DNA of 51,907 bases from a virus. Where the stretch lies: IMG/VR virus record IMGVR_UViG_3300045988_151376; one strand, written 5' to 3'. Made by a program: the position numbers and the translations under genes. The notes under the pieces are model-generated. The model saw only the letters and a list, made by a program, of their open reading frames with translations, was not told the DNA's origin and did no database searches. Of this stretch, positions 6,308 through 13,904 are shown in pieces. Numbering within the stretch: the stretch's first letter is position 1; every line of letters begins with the position of its first letter.

Positions 6308-7197
6308 TGGATAACGCGGAATCTCTGTTTGTCTCTGGAGCCTCTTTTCGTGGGGTGTCGACCTGCGTTCGGCGTCTCAAACTCATGTCTGATGCGGCCA
6401 ATGATATAAGCGCCGTTGTCAGAAGCCAATACGAAGAGTTTTCAGAGCTAAGCGAAGTTGAATTCGACGGTCGTTACAAGGTGGAATCAGACGAATGCTT
6501 TTCCATCAGCGACTATGTTGATGCCGATGGAACATTCGCGTCGTTTCAGGAAATCATTAATGGTAACTGTAGCGATGTACTGAAAAACACGGATTCCTTA
6601 AGCGAATGCCGTGCTCTATTGTTCCGAGCGCCACAATTACCTAATCTGGTGCTAATTCAGCGCTTCACCAATTCTTATCTCGCTAAGCGCGATCGTTGGT
6701 TTGGTTTCGGTTGCAGCGACTCAGTCAGAAAAATCGAAGAGTCCGCATTCACTATTGCATCGTCGCTTTCAGGGGTCTATGACCTCGAGTCAAAAAGATT
6801 GCGTTTTAAAAGTGTTCAGAACATCCGCGCGGTCCTTCCGGGGTTTTCTGATCAGTATGCGCCCGGAGCGGACAAGACGACCATTACAACCTTCTTCCGA
6901 CAGCCAATCTTCGATCAAGATAGTGCAGACAAAGTCCAAGCGCTTGATTCGATGAAGGTGGCTCGCTTGGTATGGCTACTAAAAGAGCAGGACGCCCCTC
7001 TCGAAAGAAGGCTGGCTACTTTTCAGAAATACGATGAAATTCTCAACCTGAACTCAGTCAGAAATGGAAAAATCATTGTGAGCACAGAAGTGCGCAAAAT
7101 GGAGGTGATTCTTCGCATTTTGTTGGGGGATGTGTTTGAAGACAATGGACGAATCTATTTAAGCAACTCGAAGAGGCCAATCGAACGATTTGCGTGA
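6304..7197 (+). CDS. 297-aa soluble partner of the membrane protein (KwaB/DUF4868-sized; family unverified)
   Basis: Translationally coupled to 5741..6307. AT-richer than the backbone. No motif I can name with certainty. Confidence 0.7.
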   Translation: MMDNAESLFVSGASFRGVSTCVRRLKLMSDAANDISAVVRSQYEEFSELSEVEFDGRYKVESDECFSISDYVDADGTFASFQEIINGNCSDVLKNTDSLSECRALLFRAPQLPNLVLIQRFTNSYLAKRDRWFGFGCSDSVRKIEESAFTIASSLSGVYDLESKRLRFKSVQNIRAVLPGFSDQYAPGADKTTITTFFRQPIFDQDSADKVQALDSMKVARLVWLLKEQDAPLERRLATFQKYDEILNLNSVRNGKIIVSTEVRKMEVILRILLGDVFEDNGRIYLSNSKRPIERFA

Positions 7198-7212
7198 TGA
7201 GCTTGTCTTTAC

Positions 7213-7704
7213 TTACGAGATCACCACGGACTGGCGTTCTTCGAGCGCCGCTCCGGGGATGGTCTCGCCGTCCTTGAGCGCCTTCTTCAGCGCTACTTTG
7301 TCCGGATCGATCGTCGTCTTGATGCGCCTGAAGGCTTCGGGAAGGGCCTCAAGGTCGAGCACCTTGACGGCTTGCGTCGTGCCGATGCGAAGAGACACCA
7401 TGACGCCTTTGACCTTTCCGCCCATAGCTTCGAGCGCGGGCATCATGTAGGCCTTCAGGCGCTCGGACTTGTTCTCCAGTGCCTTACGGCGCTTTGCAAG
7501 ACGCTCTTCTTCAGCCTTGATAGCTTCGGCTTCGGCCTTGAGTTCGCGGCAGTAGCAAGCCGTCCCTTCGAGCTTTTCAGCTGCTGCGGTGGTGTACTCC
7601 GCGTAGGCGGCAAGGGCTTCGCCATCGACCTCACCCGTATCGGGATCGGCGTCGAGGCGGTCGAGAAGTTCGCGCAGCGCGCCGGGGATTTCGTAAATTT
7701 TCAT
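7213..7704 (-). CDS. Siphovirus Gp157-like protein
   Basis: Start moved to the ATG at 7704 (MKIYEIPGAL...). Coiled-coil centre and C-terminus IDPDKVALKKALKDGETIPGAALEERQSVVIS fit the Gp157 family. Classic neighbour of Sak4-type ATPases. Confidence 0.7.
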   Translation of the reverse strand: MKIYEIPGALRELLDRLDADPDTGEVDGEALAAYAEYTTAAAEKLEGTACYCRELKAEAEAIKAEEERLAKRRKALENKSERLKAYMMPALEAMGGKVKGVMVSLRIGTTQAVKVLDLEALPEAFRRIKTTIDPDKVALKKALKDGETIPGAALEERQSVVIS

Positions 7705-7717
7705 TTTGAGTGCTCGC

Positions 7718-7745
7718 AAAAAAGCCCCGGTGGTTGACCGGGGCT
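7718..7745 (-). terminator. Intrinsic terminator
   Basis: agccccggt-ggttg-accggggct: perfect 9-bp stem. The plus-strand A-run gives a U-run on the minus transcript. Confidence 0.65.
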
Positions 7746-7754
7746 GAATGGTTG

Positions 7755-8393
7755 TTAGAAGGGCATGTCGTCATCGACTGGCGGATCAGGCGGCATAGAA
7801 GCTGCGCGGGAGGTCTGTGCCTGCGTTCCTCCGTCAAGCTTGCGCACCGCCTTAGGATGCTCCTTCAGGTTCTTAAGAAGCGCGGGGATAGCCGTGGCTT
7901 CAGTCGCGCCCGAATCGATCTCCTTAGCGGTTCGACCGGTGGCCGGATCGAATGCGCGTCGGATCGTCATGTCGTTGGCGATCTTTACCTCCCCTAGATA
8001 GAGGTATTCGCGGGGCTCTGCTTCAAGGACGAGGCCGATTGGCTTTCCTTCGATCGCCTTTCCGCGATAGCCCTTCACGATCTCGCCTTTCATGGTGCGT
8101 ACCTTGCCTTCGACCCATTCGACCGACTCGGTTTTGGAGCAAAAAAGCATGGACTGGAAGATACCCATACCAAAAGCATCTTCGCCGTCGCTTTTGACGA
8201 TGCAAAGCGAGAGCCACGCCGTGGCTCCATCATTCGATTCGAAGTAAAACCGGAGCATCGCGGCTCCGTTCTTCGTTTCGTACTGCTCTGCCTGCAGGAT
8301 CTTTCCTTTGTAAGCCCCAGTTTCAAAGATGCGGGCCGGGGTTTCGCTCCTGATGGCAGATACCTTGTCGGCCTTGATAGTTCCGATGATCAT
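7755..8393 (-). CDS. ssDNA-binding-type protein (DUF669-like position) with a canonical SSB acidic tip
   Basis: The C-terminus ends PPVDDDMPF, compared with E. coli SSB DDDIPF. It lies in the Gp157 / ATPase / ssDNA-binding triad. Confidence 0.65.
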   Translation of the reverse strand: MIIGTIKADKVSAIRSETPARIFETGAYKGKILQAEQYETKNGAAMLRFYFESNDGATAWLSLCIVKSDGEDAFGMGIFQSMLFCSKTESVEWVEGKVRTMKGEIVKGYRGKAIEGKPIGLVLEAEPREYLYLGEVKIANDMTIRRAFDPATGRTAKEIDSGATEATAIPALLKNLKEHPKAVRKLDGGTQAQTSRAASMPPDPPVDDDMPF

Positions 8394-9109
8394 TTAGATT
8401 CCTTTGCCGATTCTTCGGCGGGTGTTGAAATTCCGTAGTACTCGCAGATGGCCTTGTCGACCTCTGCAAGGTCGTTGTCGATCTCGTCTTCTTCGAACAT
8501 CCCAAGAGGAGATTTCACGGTGTCGAAGCCTGAGTTGTGAGTGCGAAAGAGGTACCTGCCCTGATCGACCGCTGTTCGAAGGACGGTTGTGAACATCCCT
8601 TCAATGACGATCTTTTCGTCCAGCATCTGCCCGATCGTTTTGATGCGCGTCACGCCATCCTTGACCACCGTGTGCGCAAGGAGATAGACGCGTTTTGCAT
8701 CGTCGAGCTCTGAAGCGGTCTTGGCGAGATCGAACCCGCAGCCGCCGATCTGATTCCACTTGTCATAGCCTCCGACGTTCCGCAACTCCATCATTCTGAA
8801 GGATAGGAAGTACTGCCAATCGTCGATGACGATGATCTCCTTTGAGGTCTCCTTCATGGACTGAAGGATGAAGGGGACGTTGGACGTGCAGAGGATGTTG
8901 CCGCCACTCAGGCGTGTGAGCTCTTCTCGCTCTCGCTTGTTCTCGACAACTTTTTTAGTTCCGAGCTGAACAAACTTCCAGCCAGTTGACCTGAAAGGAA
9001 GCGGTTTTTTGACCGGTTGGATGATTAGCGTTTTGGTTGGATCGATATTGCGAAGGGAGCAAGTCTTGCCTGACCCACTTTCGCCCAAAACAAGCGTTCC
9101 GTAGCTCAT
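8390..9109 (-). CDS. P-loop ATPase, Sak4/AAA_24-like recombination protein
   Basis: Walker A VLGESGSGKT and Walker B-like IIVIDDWQY. Overlaps the downstream gene by 4 nt. Confidence 0.75.
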   Translation of the reverse strand: MSYGTLVLGESGSGKTCSLRNIDPTKTLIIQPVKKPLPFRSTGWKFVQLGTKKVVENKREREELTRLSGGNILCTSNVPFILQSMKETSKEIIVIDDWQYFLSFRMMELRNVGGYDKWNQIGGCGFDLAKTASELDDAKRVYLLAHTVVKDGVTRIKTIGQMLDEKIVIEGMFTTVLRTAVDQGRYLFRTHNSGFDTVKSPLGMFEEDEIDNDLAEVDKAICEYYGISTPAEESAKESK

Positions 9110-9127
9110 GTATGATTCTCCGTGTGG

Positions 9128-9436
9128 TTAAAACGCGAAGACTTCATCGAACTCTTTTCGCATGCGCTCGATGTCGTCTTCGTCTTGCCCGGACATAGGG
9201 AGGTTTGCGGAGGCCTGTTCGGCTTCCCAAACCTCTTTTTCTTTCTGGTCATTCGGTGTCATTTGAACCACCTTTCCAAGATGTAGCGAATGAGGTCGAA
9301 AAAGCCCGCCTGTTTGGGGGCGGGCTGTGCGGTTGTTCGCAGCTGTTCGGCCGCTCTTGGTCGTCTGGCGGCCCCGGCGCGCTTCTGCTTCCGGCTGCTT
9401 GAGCCATTCGGCCCGGTCTGCTGAGTCGGTTGTCAT
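9128..9436 (-). CDS. Hypothetical protein; boundaries uncertain
   Basis: The ATG at 9436 has RBS agggaga. Alternatively only the acidic 44-aa ORF 9128..9262 (RBS aaggtgg) is real, because a terminator-like hairpin (about 9298..9330) lies inside the longer ORF. Confidence 0.3.
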   Translation of the reverse strand: MTTDSADRAEWLKQPEAEARRGRQTTKSGRTAANNRTARPQTGGLFRPHSLHLGKVVQMTPNDQKEKEVWEAEQASANLPMSGQDEDDIERMRKEFDEVFAF

Positions 9437-9454
9437 CGGAAAAATCTCCCTAGT

Positions 9455-9484
9455 AAAAAGGCGAGCCCCTGGAGGAAGCTCGCC
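9455..9484 (-). terminator. Intrinsic terminator
   Basis: ggcgagc-N11-gctcgcc with a plus-strand A-run. Confidence 0.55.
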
Positions 9485-9602
9485 TTGGTGTGTTTCGTTG
9501 CTTTGGTCTTGCGCTCTCTCGCTCGGGCGTTGCGCGCTGCGCATGCCCTGCGCTGGCGCTTGCTGAGCTGAGAGCGATGCCGGTGCGGGTGCTGGGGGAT
9601 GG

Positions 9603-9839
9603 TCATTGCGGTTCCTTCTCTGAGCGGGTGAGGTCACTCCAAAGCGCGAAGAGTGCGAGACGCTTTGCGCCTAGCTTGGCGTCCAGTTCACCTATCAGGC
9701 GATGAACTTCATCTTCCTTGCCCTCCTCGTAGCGCTCTCGGATGATCGAGAGCTCTCCGGTCTCGTCCTTAGACCAAGCGTGAGACTCGCGGAGCTTCTT
9801 GAAGATCTGAATGAGCTCCTTTTTGGTGCGCCTGATCAT
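9603..9839 (-). CDS. Hypothetical protein (78 aa)
   Basis: Protein-like composition. 4-nt overlap with the upstream gene. Confidence 0.55.
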   Translation of the reverse strand: MIRRTKKELIQIFKKLRESHAWSKDETGELSIIRERYEEGKEDEVHRLIGELDAKLGAKRLALFALWSDLTRSEKEPQ

Positions 9840-10159
9840 GCGGCGTCCTCAGCACGGTCGCGCTTGTTCTCCTCGTACTCGTACTGAGACCATTCCTTGC
9901 AGGCCCGGTCGGCCTTGTGCAGGATGCGGTCGATTACGTCGAAGAACTCCCCGCCCTTGGCGGCCTCGCGGTCGAACGCTTCGCGGAACCCCTCGACGTT
10001 GTACAGGGAGCGCTCGAGGACGCGGCGTGCGCGGGTCTCGCGGTCATAGCTGGAGAGGAGCGCCCACCACACCCCAAGTTCGTAGAGATCGCGGTAGAAG
10101 TCGATCTCGAGCTCAGCCGCTCCGGAAAGGCAGCGCGGAGTGAATTCGGTTTCGTTCAT
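9836..10159 (-). CDS. Hypothetical protein (107 aa)
   Basis: ORF in an operon context. No domain recognised. Confidence 0.55.
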   Translation of the reverse strand: MNETEFTPRCLSGAAELEIDFYRDLYELGVWWALLSSYDRETRARRVLERSLYNVEGFREAFDREAAKGGEFFDVIDRILHKADRACKEWSQYEYEENKRDRAEDAA

Positions 10160-10168
10160 GATGAAGCC

Positions 10169-10360
10169 TCAGTTGGTAGCGAGGTATTTGAGGAGGTATG
10201 AGCCGCCGTAGATGACGAGGCACATCGTCGCGAAGAAGATGACCCCGCCGATGACGCCGATCATCTGAGCTTGATGCTCTCTGGCGAGCTCAGCCGGGGT
10301 AAAGCCCTTGGCCGGGCTGCCCGTCAGCGCGTCGAGCAGGAATTCCGTGAACTTGGTCAT
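10169..10360 (-). CDS. Small membrane protein (63 aa)
   Basis: C-terminal hydrophobic segment MIGVIGGVIFFATMCLVIYGG. Overlaps the upstream gene. Confidence 0.5.
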   Translation of the reverse strand: MTKFTEFLLDALTGSPAKGFTPAELAREHQAQMIGVIGGVIFFATMCLVIYGGSYLLKYLATN

Positions 10361-10599
10361 TTGCGGCTCCTCATCTGGTGAGCAAGTGCAGCACCCGCCG
10401 CGAAAGCGAAGCCCTCGCGGTCTTCAATGTCCTCGTCAATGTCGAGGAGCTGCTGGAGGTATTCGCGCATAAATGTGTTGAGTGCCTCGTCCGACATGGA
10501 GTCAAAAGCACGGATCACGCTCCGGAATCCGTATCGTGCGTCCCACATCTGGGCGCTGGTGAACTTCCGGAAATCGACCGTAACTTGATATGAGCTCAT
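10357..10599 (-). CDS. Hypothetical protein (80 aa)
   Basis: ORF following the terminator at 10612..10647. Confidence 0.55.
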   Translation of the reverse strand: MSSYQVTVDFRKFTSAQMWDARYGFRSVIRAFDSMSDEALNTFMREYLQQLLDIDEDIEDREGFAFAAGAALAHQMRSRK

Positions 10600-10611
10600 T
10601 TCGCTTCTCGC

Positions 10612-10647
10612 AAAAGAAAAGCCCCGGCGCTTTTCGGCGACGAGGCT
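10612..10647 (-). terminator. Intrinsic terminator; second copy of the 1494..1530 repeat
   Basis: aaaagccccggcgcttttcggcgacgaggct. The homology continues into the 3' ends of the two Rha genes (cagttacgcgggctgatg...). Confidence 0.55.
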
Positions 10648-10670
10648 TTGTAGTTAGAGATGATTGTCAG

Positions 10671-11555
10671 TTACGCGGGCTGATGGCTCAGCCAGTGTTT
10701 GTAGCAAGGAAGCTCCTTGACGCTGTATCCGATCTTGTCGAGAGAGGCTTCAAGGTTCAGCCAGTTGAAGTCGTGAACGGCTTCCCACATGGATGCAGCG
10801 TAGGGCGAATCGACGCTTCGGAGGAAGTCCACATAGCGCTCGAGGTTTGCGCGATGCAGGTAGCGCCACGTGTAGACGAGAGACCGTAGTTCCTCCATGA
10901 AGTGCGCCTTGACGGTGTAGACCTTCGGCGGGATCGGCTCGTCGTGATAAGTGGCAGCCTCGATGCGCTTCATCTGAGCCTTTTCATGCTCGATGCATTC
11001 TTCACGCGTCATGATTTTGACTGACTGGATGAAGGAGATTGCGGCCTCGAAGTCTTTTTCGAGAATCCGCTTGTAGCTGGGGACGTTGAAATGATTTTTC
11101 AGCGCCGAGTAAATCGTTTGATAGTTGATCCCGTAGCCTTCGGAGCGGCGGCCTACTGCTCTTTGGATTTCGCGTTGCTGTGCGTCGGTGATATATGCCG
11201 GAGCGGGAGGATTCTTCAGCGCCTGTTCCATCCGCTCGAACTCATCGTAGAAAGCACACTTGAATTCGAGCGCCTTAGCACCGGTGAAGCCCATAGCCAA
11301 TAGACAGAAGCCCTTGCGATCCATCCAGTACGCAGGAACCTTTCGAGTAGCACCCTTGTCGTTCAGACTGACTGTTTCTGAGTATCGCGCAAAATTGCGT
11401 AATACTTGAAGTTCTTGATTTTTTGCAATTAGGTCATCTACCGCGCGAACTACGTCGCTGTGCTTTTTGCCAAAGTATTCTGCAACTTTGAAGCTGGACG
11501 TAACCGCACGGCCTTCAACCACACGGAAGGCATTTTGAACAATGTTCTGAGCCAT
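10671..11555 (-). CDS. Rha-domain antirepressor with shared C-terminal domain (paralogue 4)
   Basis: Start moved to the ATG at 11555 (SD aaggag). Rha motif FKVAEYFGKKHSDVVRAVDDLI...WMDRKGFCLLAMGFTGAKALEFKCAFYDEFERME. C-terminus GYSVKELPCYKHWLSHQPA. Confidence 0.85.
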   Translation of the reverse strand: MAQNIVQNAFRVVEGRAVTSSFKVAEYFGKKHSDVVRAVDDLIAKNQELQVLRNFARYSETVSLNDKGATRKVPAYWMDRKGFCLLAMGFTGAKALEFKCAFYDEFERMEQALKNPPAPAYITDAQQREIQRAVGRRSEGYGINYQTIYSALKNHFNVPSYKRILEKDFEAAISFIQSVKIMTREECIEHEKAQMKRIEAATYHDEPIPPKVYTVKAHFMEELRSLVYTWRYLHRANLERYVDFLRSVDSPYAASMWEAVHDFNWLNLEASLDKIGYSVKELPCYKHWLSHQPA

Positions 11556-11760
11556 TGTGAACTCCTTTACATATTTGATTAATCGCCCCTTTTGAGAGGG
11601 CGGCCAAGCGCTCAAAACCGTGTAAAGGCGGCGGGCATATTTCCCTTTCGGGTTTTTTATTAGCCTCACGCTCAGCCATGAGCTGAGCTATCCGCGCCCA
11701 TAGGGCTACAGATACAAAAAAATCCGCATGACTGACAGGGCGGAATCCGCTTTACAGGTG
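11556..11760 (-). promoter_or_regulatory. 5' leader of paralogue 4 with its own anti-SD/SD pair
   Basis: Minus RNA: e2 CCUUUACA (plus 11621..11628) is complementary to UGUAAAGG at the SD (plus 11564..11571). An upstream UGUAAAG (plus 11750..11756) precedes a weak hairpin with U7. Confidence 0.45.
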
Positions 11761-11966
11761 TTTTGAGCACCTGAGCGCAGTATGCCCGAATCTGCAAGCG
11801 ATGTCAAAATTCAGGTTCAAGCCGCCTCCCGGAGCGTGCCTTGCATGGGGGCGCGGCATTCTTGGAATAAATGCCGGGGAAGCGGCCTGAAGCTGGGCTC
11901 TCATAGGAGAGCATGAAAAAGCCCCCGCACCTTTCGATGCGAGGGCCTGATTGTTCGTGTCAGCGA

Positions 11967-12068
11967 TTAGTGCCGATGGTTCGGGGGAAGACCGCGAAGT
12001 AGGTACAGGGCGAATGCCGCACCGATTACGCCGAAGATGGCTACTAGCGTCCATAAGTCCATGTTCAT
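11967..12068 (-). CDS. Possible 33-aa single-TM peptide
   Basis: Hand translation MNMDLWTLVAIFGVIGAAFALYLLRGLPPNHRH*. ATGA overlap with the ORF upstream. Confidence 0.3.
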   Translation of the reverse strand: MNMDLWTLVAIFGVIGAAFALYLLRGLPPNHRH

Positions 12069-12241
12069 CGCTCCAAAAGGTATGTGAGTAAGAGGCTGAC
12101 CGTCAAGAACCCCAGTCCAATCAACGTCCCTTGGAAGTTGTACTGGAAAAGCCCTAAGGCCAGACCTGCAACACCTACTTTCTCATAGATGTCGGCGATC
12201 CTTTTCACTAGAGCCCGTTTTTGATTGTCAGTAAGTGTCAC
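12065..12241 (-). CDS. Possible 58-aa membrane protein (GTG start)
   Basis: Hand translation (V)TLTDNQKRALVKRIADIYEKVGVAGLALGLFQYNFQGTLIGLGFLTVSLLLTYLLER*. Two hydrophobic segments. Confidence 0.35.
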   Translation of the reverse strand: MTLTDNQKRALVKRIADIYEKVGVAGLALGLFQYNFQGTLIGLGFLTVSLLLTYLLER

Positions 12242-12397
12242 GTCGTGTCCCCGTGTGTCTCTTCAATCAATTATACGAAAAGTCAACCTCAGACCACTCT
12301 TGCGAACAGGCTGAAGTTGGAATCTCCCTCTGGGGTAAGCTGAACTTGTCGCGGCTCTCACAGTGCGACTTTGTTCAACTACCTCAGAGGAGAAAAC

Positions 12398-12697
12398 ATG
12401 AGTGTTTATGACGTGCTTGCTCAAGCGATTGAGGAGCGCCGGGTGGTGACATTCACATACGATGGATTCCTGCGCGTCGTTGAGCCTTTCTTGCTCGGCA
12501 CCACCACCGCAGGGCGTTCCGCGCTGCGCGCTTACCAAACAGCAGGCGGTAGCAGGTCAGGCACAGTGCCCGGGTGGCATCTGTTCTCGCTTGGCAAAAT
12601 CGTTGGCCTAACCACATGCCAAAAGCAATTCTCCGGTGAGCGACCGCTCTACAACCCCGCTGACGAAGGTATGCAATCCATCGGCGTTCATATTTAG
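12398..12697 (+). CDS. Stand-alone WYL-like small protein (99 aa)
   Basis: Start moved to the ATG at 12398 (RBS agaggag). VVTFTYDGFLRVVEPFLLG...ALRAYQTAGGSRSGTVPGWHLFSLGKIVGL fits the WYL beta-barrel pattern (R.v.P..lg...l.ay....g....W+.F.l.kI). Confidence 0.55.
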   Translation: MSVYDVLAQAIEERRVVTFTYDGFLRVVEPFLLGTTTAGRSALRAYQTAGGSRSGTVPGWHLFSLGKIVGLTTCQKQFSGERPLYNPADEGMQSIGVHI

Positions 12698-12933
12698 CCT
12701 GAGCGCCGCAGTTACACGGCCCCGGCGGAAGCGCGGGGCCGTTGTGAACTGCACAATCGCTGTCGTGTTGAATCATGGTGTTCTCCATTCAGATTCAAGT
12801 CTCCTCCCGGAGAAGCCTTAAATCACTCTCTCGCTCCGAGAAGAGGCTTGAATATGAGGTCTCCTTCGGTGCGAAGATATGAACGTCGGACTCCCATTCG
12901 ACATTCCGTATCAACTCACCGAAGGAGAAATCC

Positions 12934-13200
12934 ATGTTCGATGATCTGAACCCTCAAGGTTTTTATCCGGGGGAGAACCTTCCAAAACTCTCAAAGGCTG
13001 AAGTTTTGTTCTTTGGCCTGCTCATGTCCGGTGCGATCAAGTTGGATCGCATCCCCACAACCAAAGCAGGTGAGGAGCTCGACTACTTTGATGAGGGCGA
13101 CTATGAAGTCATGAACCCGCTGAATCACGATCTCGAGTTGCTGGCTGATCTCTATGAGAAATGCCGCCGGTTTGCGGCTCGCCGTGATGAACAGAAGTAA
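12934..13200 (+). CDS. Hypothetical protein (88 aa)
   Basis: Strong RBS gaaggagaaatcc before the ATG. Converges on, and overlaps, the ORF at 13109..13459. Confidence 0.5.
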   Translation: MFDDLNPQGFYPGENLPKLSKAEVLFFGLLMSGAIKLDRIPTTKAGEELDYFDEGDYEVMNPLNHDLELLADLYEKCRRFAARRDEQK

Positions 13201-13459
13201 GTTGCCGTAAGGCTTCAACCTCATCGAAGAAGGCGCTCAGGGCTTCCTCGAACGCCTTCTTTTGGTTTTCAACCTCTTCCCGCGTGATTGGAGCGATGTA
13301 ACTGCCGCCTGTTCCCAAAACATTTTTGCCTTCGCGAAACGAGGCAGCGTTAATCGCCTGCGCATACGCACTCGCGGCAATCAGAAGCCAGCGCAATTCG
13401 TTTTCGGCCGTCTTGCTTCCTTCCAGGAAGCGAAAGCTTGAAGTATCGCTTGGCGTCAA
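13109..13459 (-). CDS. Hypothetical protein; C-terminal boundary doubtful
   Basis: Translationally coupled to 13456..13647. The last ~30 codons overlap 12934..13200 antisense and look non-protein-like. Confidence 0.45.
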   Translation of the reverse strand: MTPSDTSSFRFLEGSKTAENELRWLLIAASAYAQAINAASFREGKNVLGTGGSYIAPITREEVENQKKAFEEALSAFFDEVEALRQLTSVHHGEPQTGGISHRDQPATRDRDSAGS

Positions 13460-13647
13460 TTTCCATCTCTTTCTCCTATGAAAAAGTCTGTGAAAGCGTC
13501 ATCGGTGCAACGAACTGCTTCGCCCATGATCGGATAGCAAACAGCATCGAATGCGGCATAGGCGGCCGCCAATGCATAGATGATCCGAGAATCTTCTTCC
13601 GTGATCGGCGTAACGATCAGACGGCCGTCTTCAATTTCTACCTTCAT
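13456..13647 (-). CDS. Hypothetical protein (63 aa), first gene of the leftward operon
   Basis: Strong RBS aggagg. Confidence 0.6.
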   Translation of the reverse strand: MKVEIEDGRLIVTPITEEDSRIIYALAAAYAAFDAVCYPIMGEAVRCTDDAFTDFFIGERDGN

Positions 13648-13660
13648 AAATCCTCCTAAG

Positions 13661-13699
13661 AAAGACCCACAGAAGCGCTCTCAAAAGAAAGCGCTTCAA
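13661..13699 (-). terminator. Terminator-like hairpin inside the PL leader, just upstream of the first leftward gene
   Basis: gaagcgct-N10-agcgcttc (8-bp stem), followed on the minus strand by a T-rich tgtgggtctttctt. Confidence 0.4.
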
Positions 13700-13904
13700 T
13701 TGGCCCTCTCCCTCGCCGATGGTCTGAACCAACTCCCGGCGGGGGAGATTCACTGCTCCGGTCTGCCCGTGTGCGTTTTTGTCCGCTCGGCGGGAGGTAC
13801 TAGCTCCGCGCCTTGAGGCTTTCCTTCGCCCGTCTGACTAATCATCATCCGGTGCCCCACCCGGCTTCCGGCCGGAGGGGGGATGTTTCGGCATATAGGG
13901 ATGC

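Noticed and set aside
9128-9637. 169-aa ORF with a Pro/Ala/Arg/Gln-rich N-terminus
   Set aside because: The upstream two-thirds is low-complexity and spans two terminator-like hairpins. Only the shorter versions (9128..9436 or 9128..9262) are retained, at low confidence.
11669-11700. tRNA-like start (minus strand gggcgcggatagctcagctcatggctgagc)
   Set aside because: It resembles an acceptor plus D-arm, but it resolves into a simple 7-bp hairpin (gctcagc/gctgagc). No anticodon arm or T-arm follows, and no GTTCGAATC-type T-loop occurs anywhere in the window.
11752-12054. 100-aa minus-strand ORF
   Set aside because: Non-protein-like composition. It overlaps the better-supported small TM ORF at 11967..12068 in another frame.
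12453-12788. 111-aa minus-strand ORF beginning MENTMIQHDSDCAVHNGPALPPGPCNCG
   Set aside because: Only the first ~30 codons, which lie outside the WYL-like gene, look genuine. The rest is Arg/Cys-rich antisense sequence. It is treated as a possible truncated remnant and discussed in a finding, not called as a gene.
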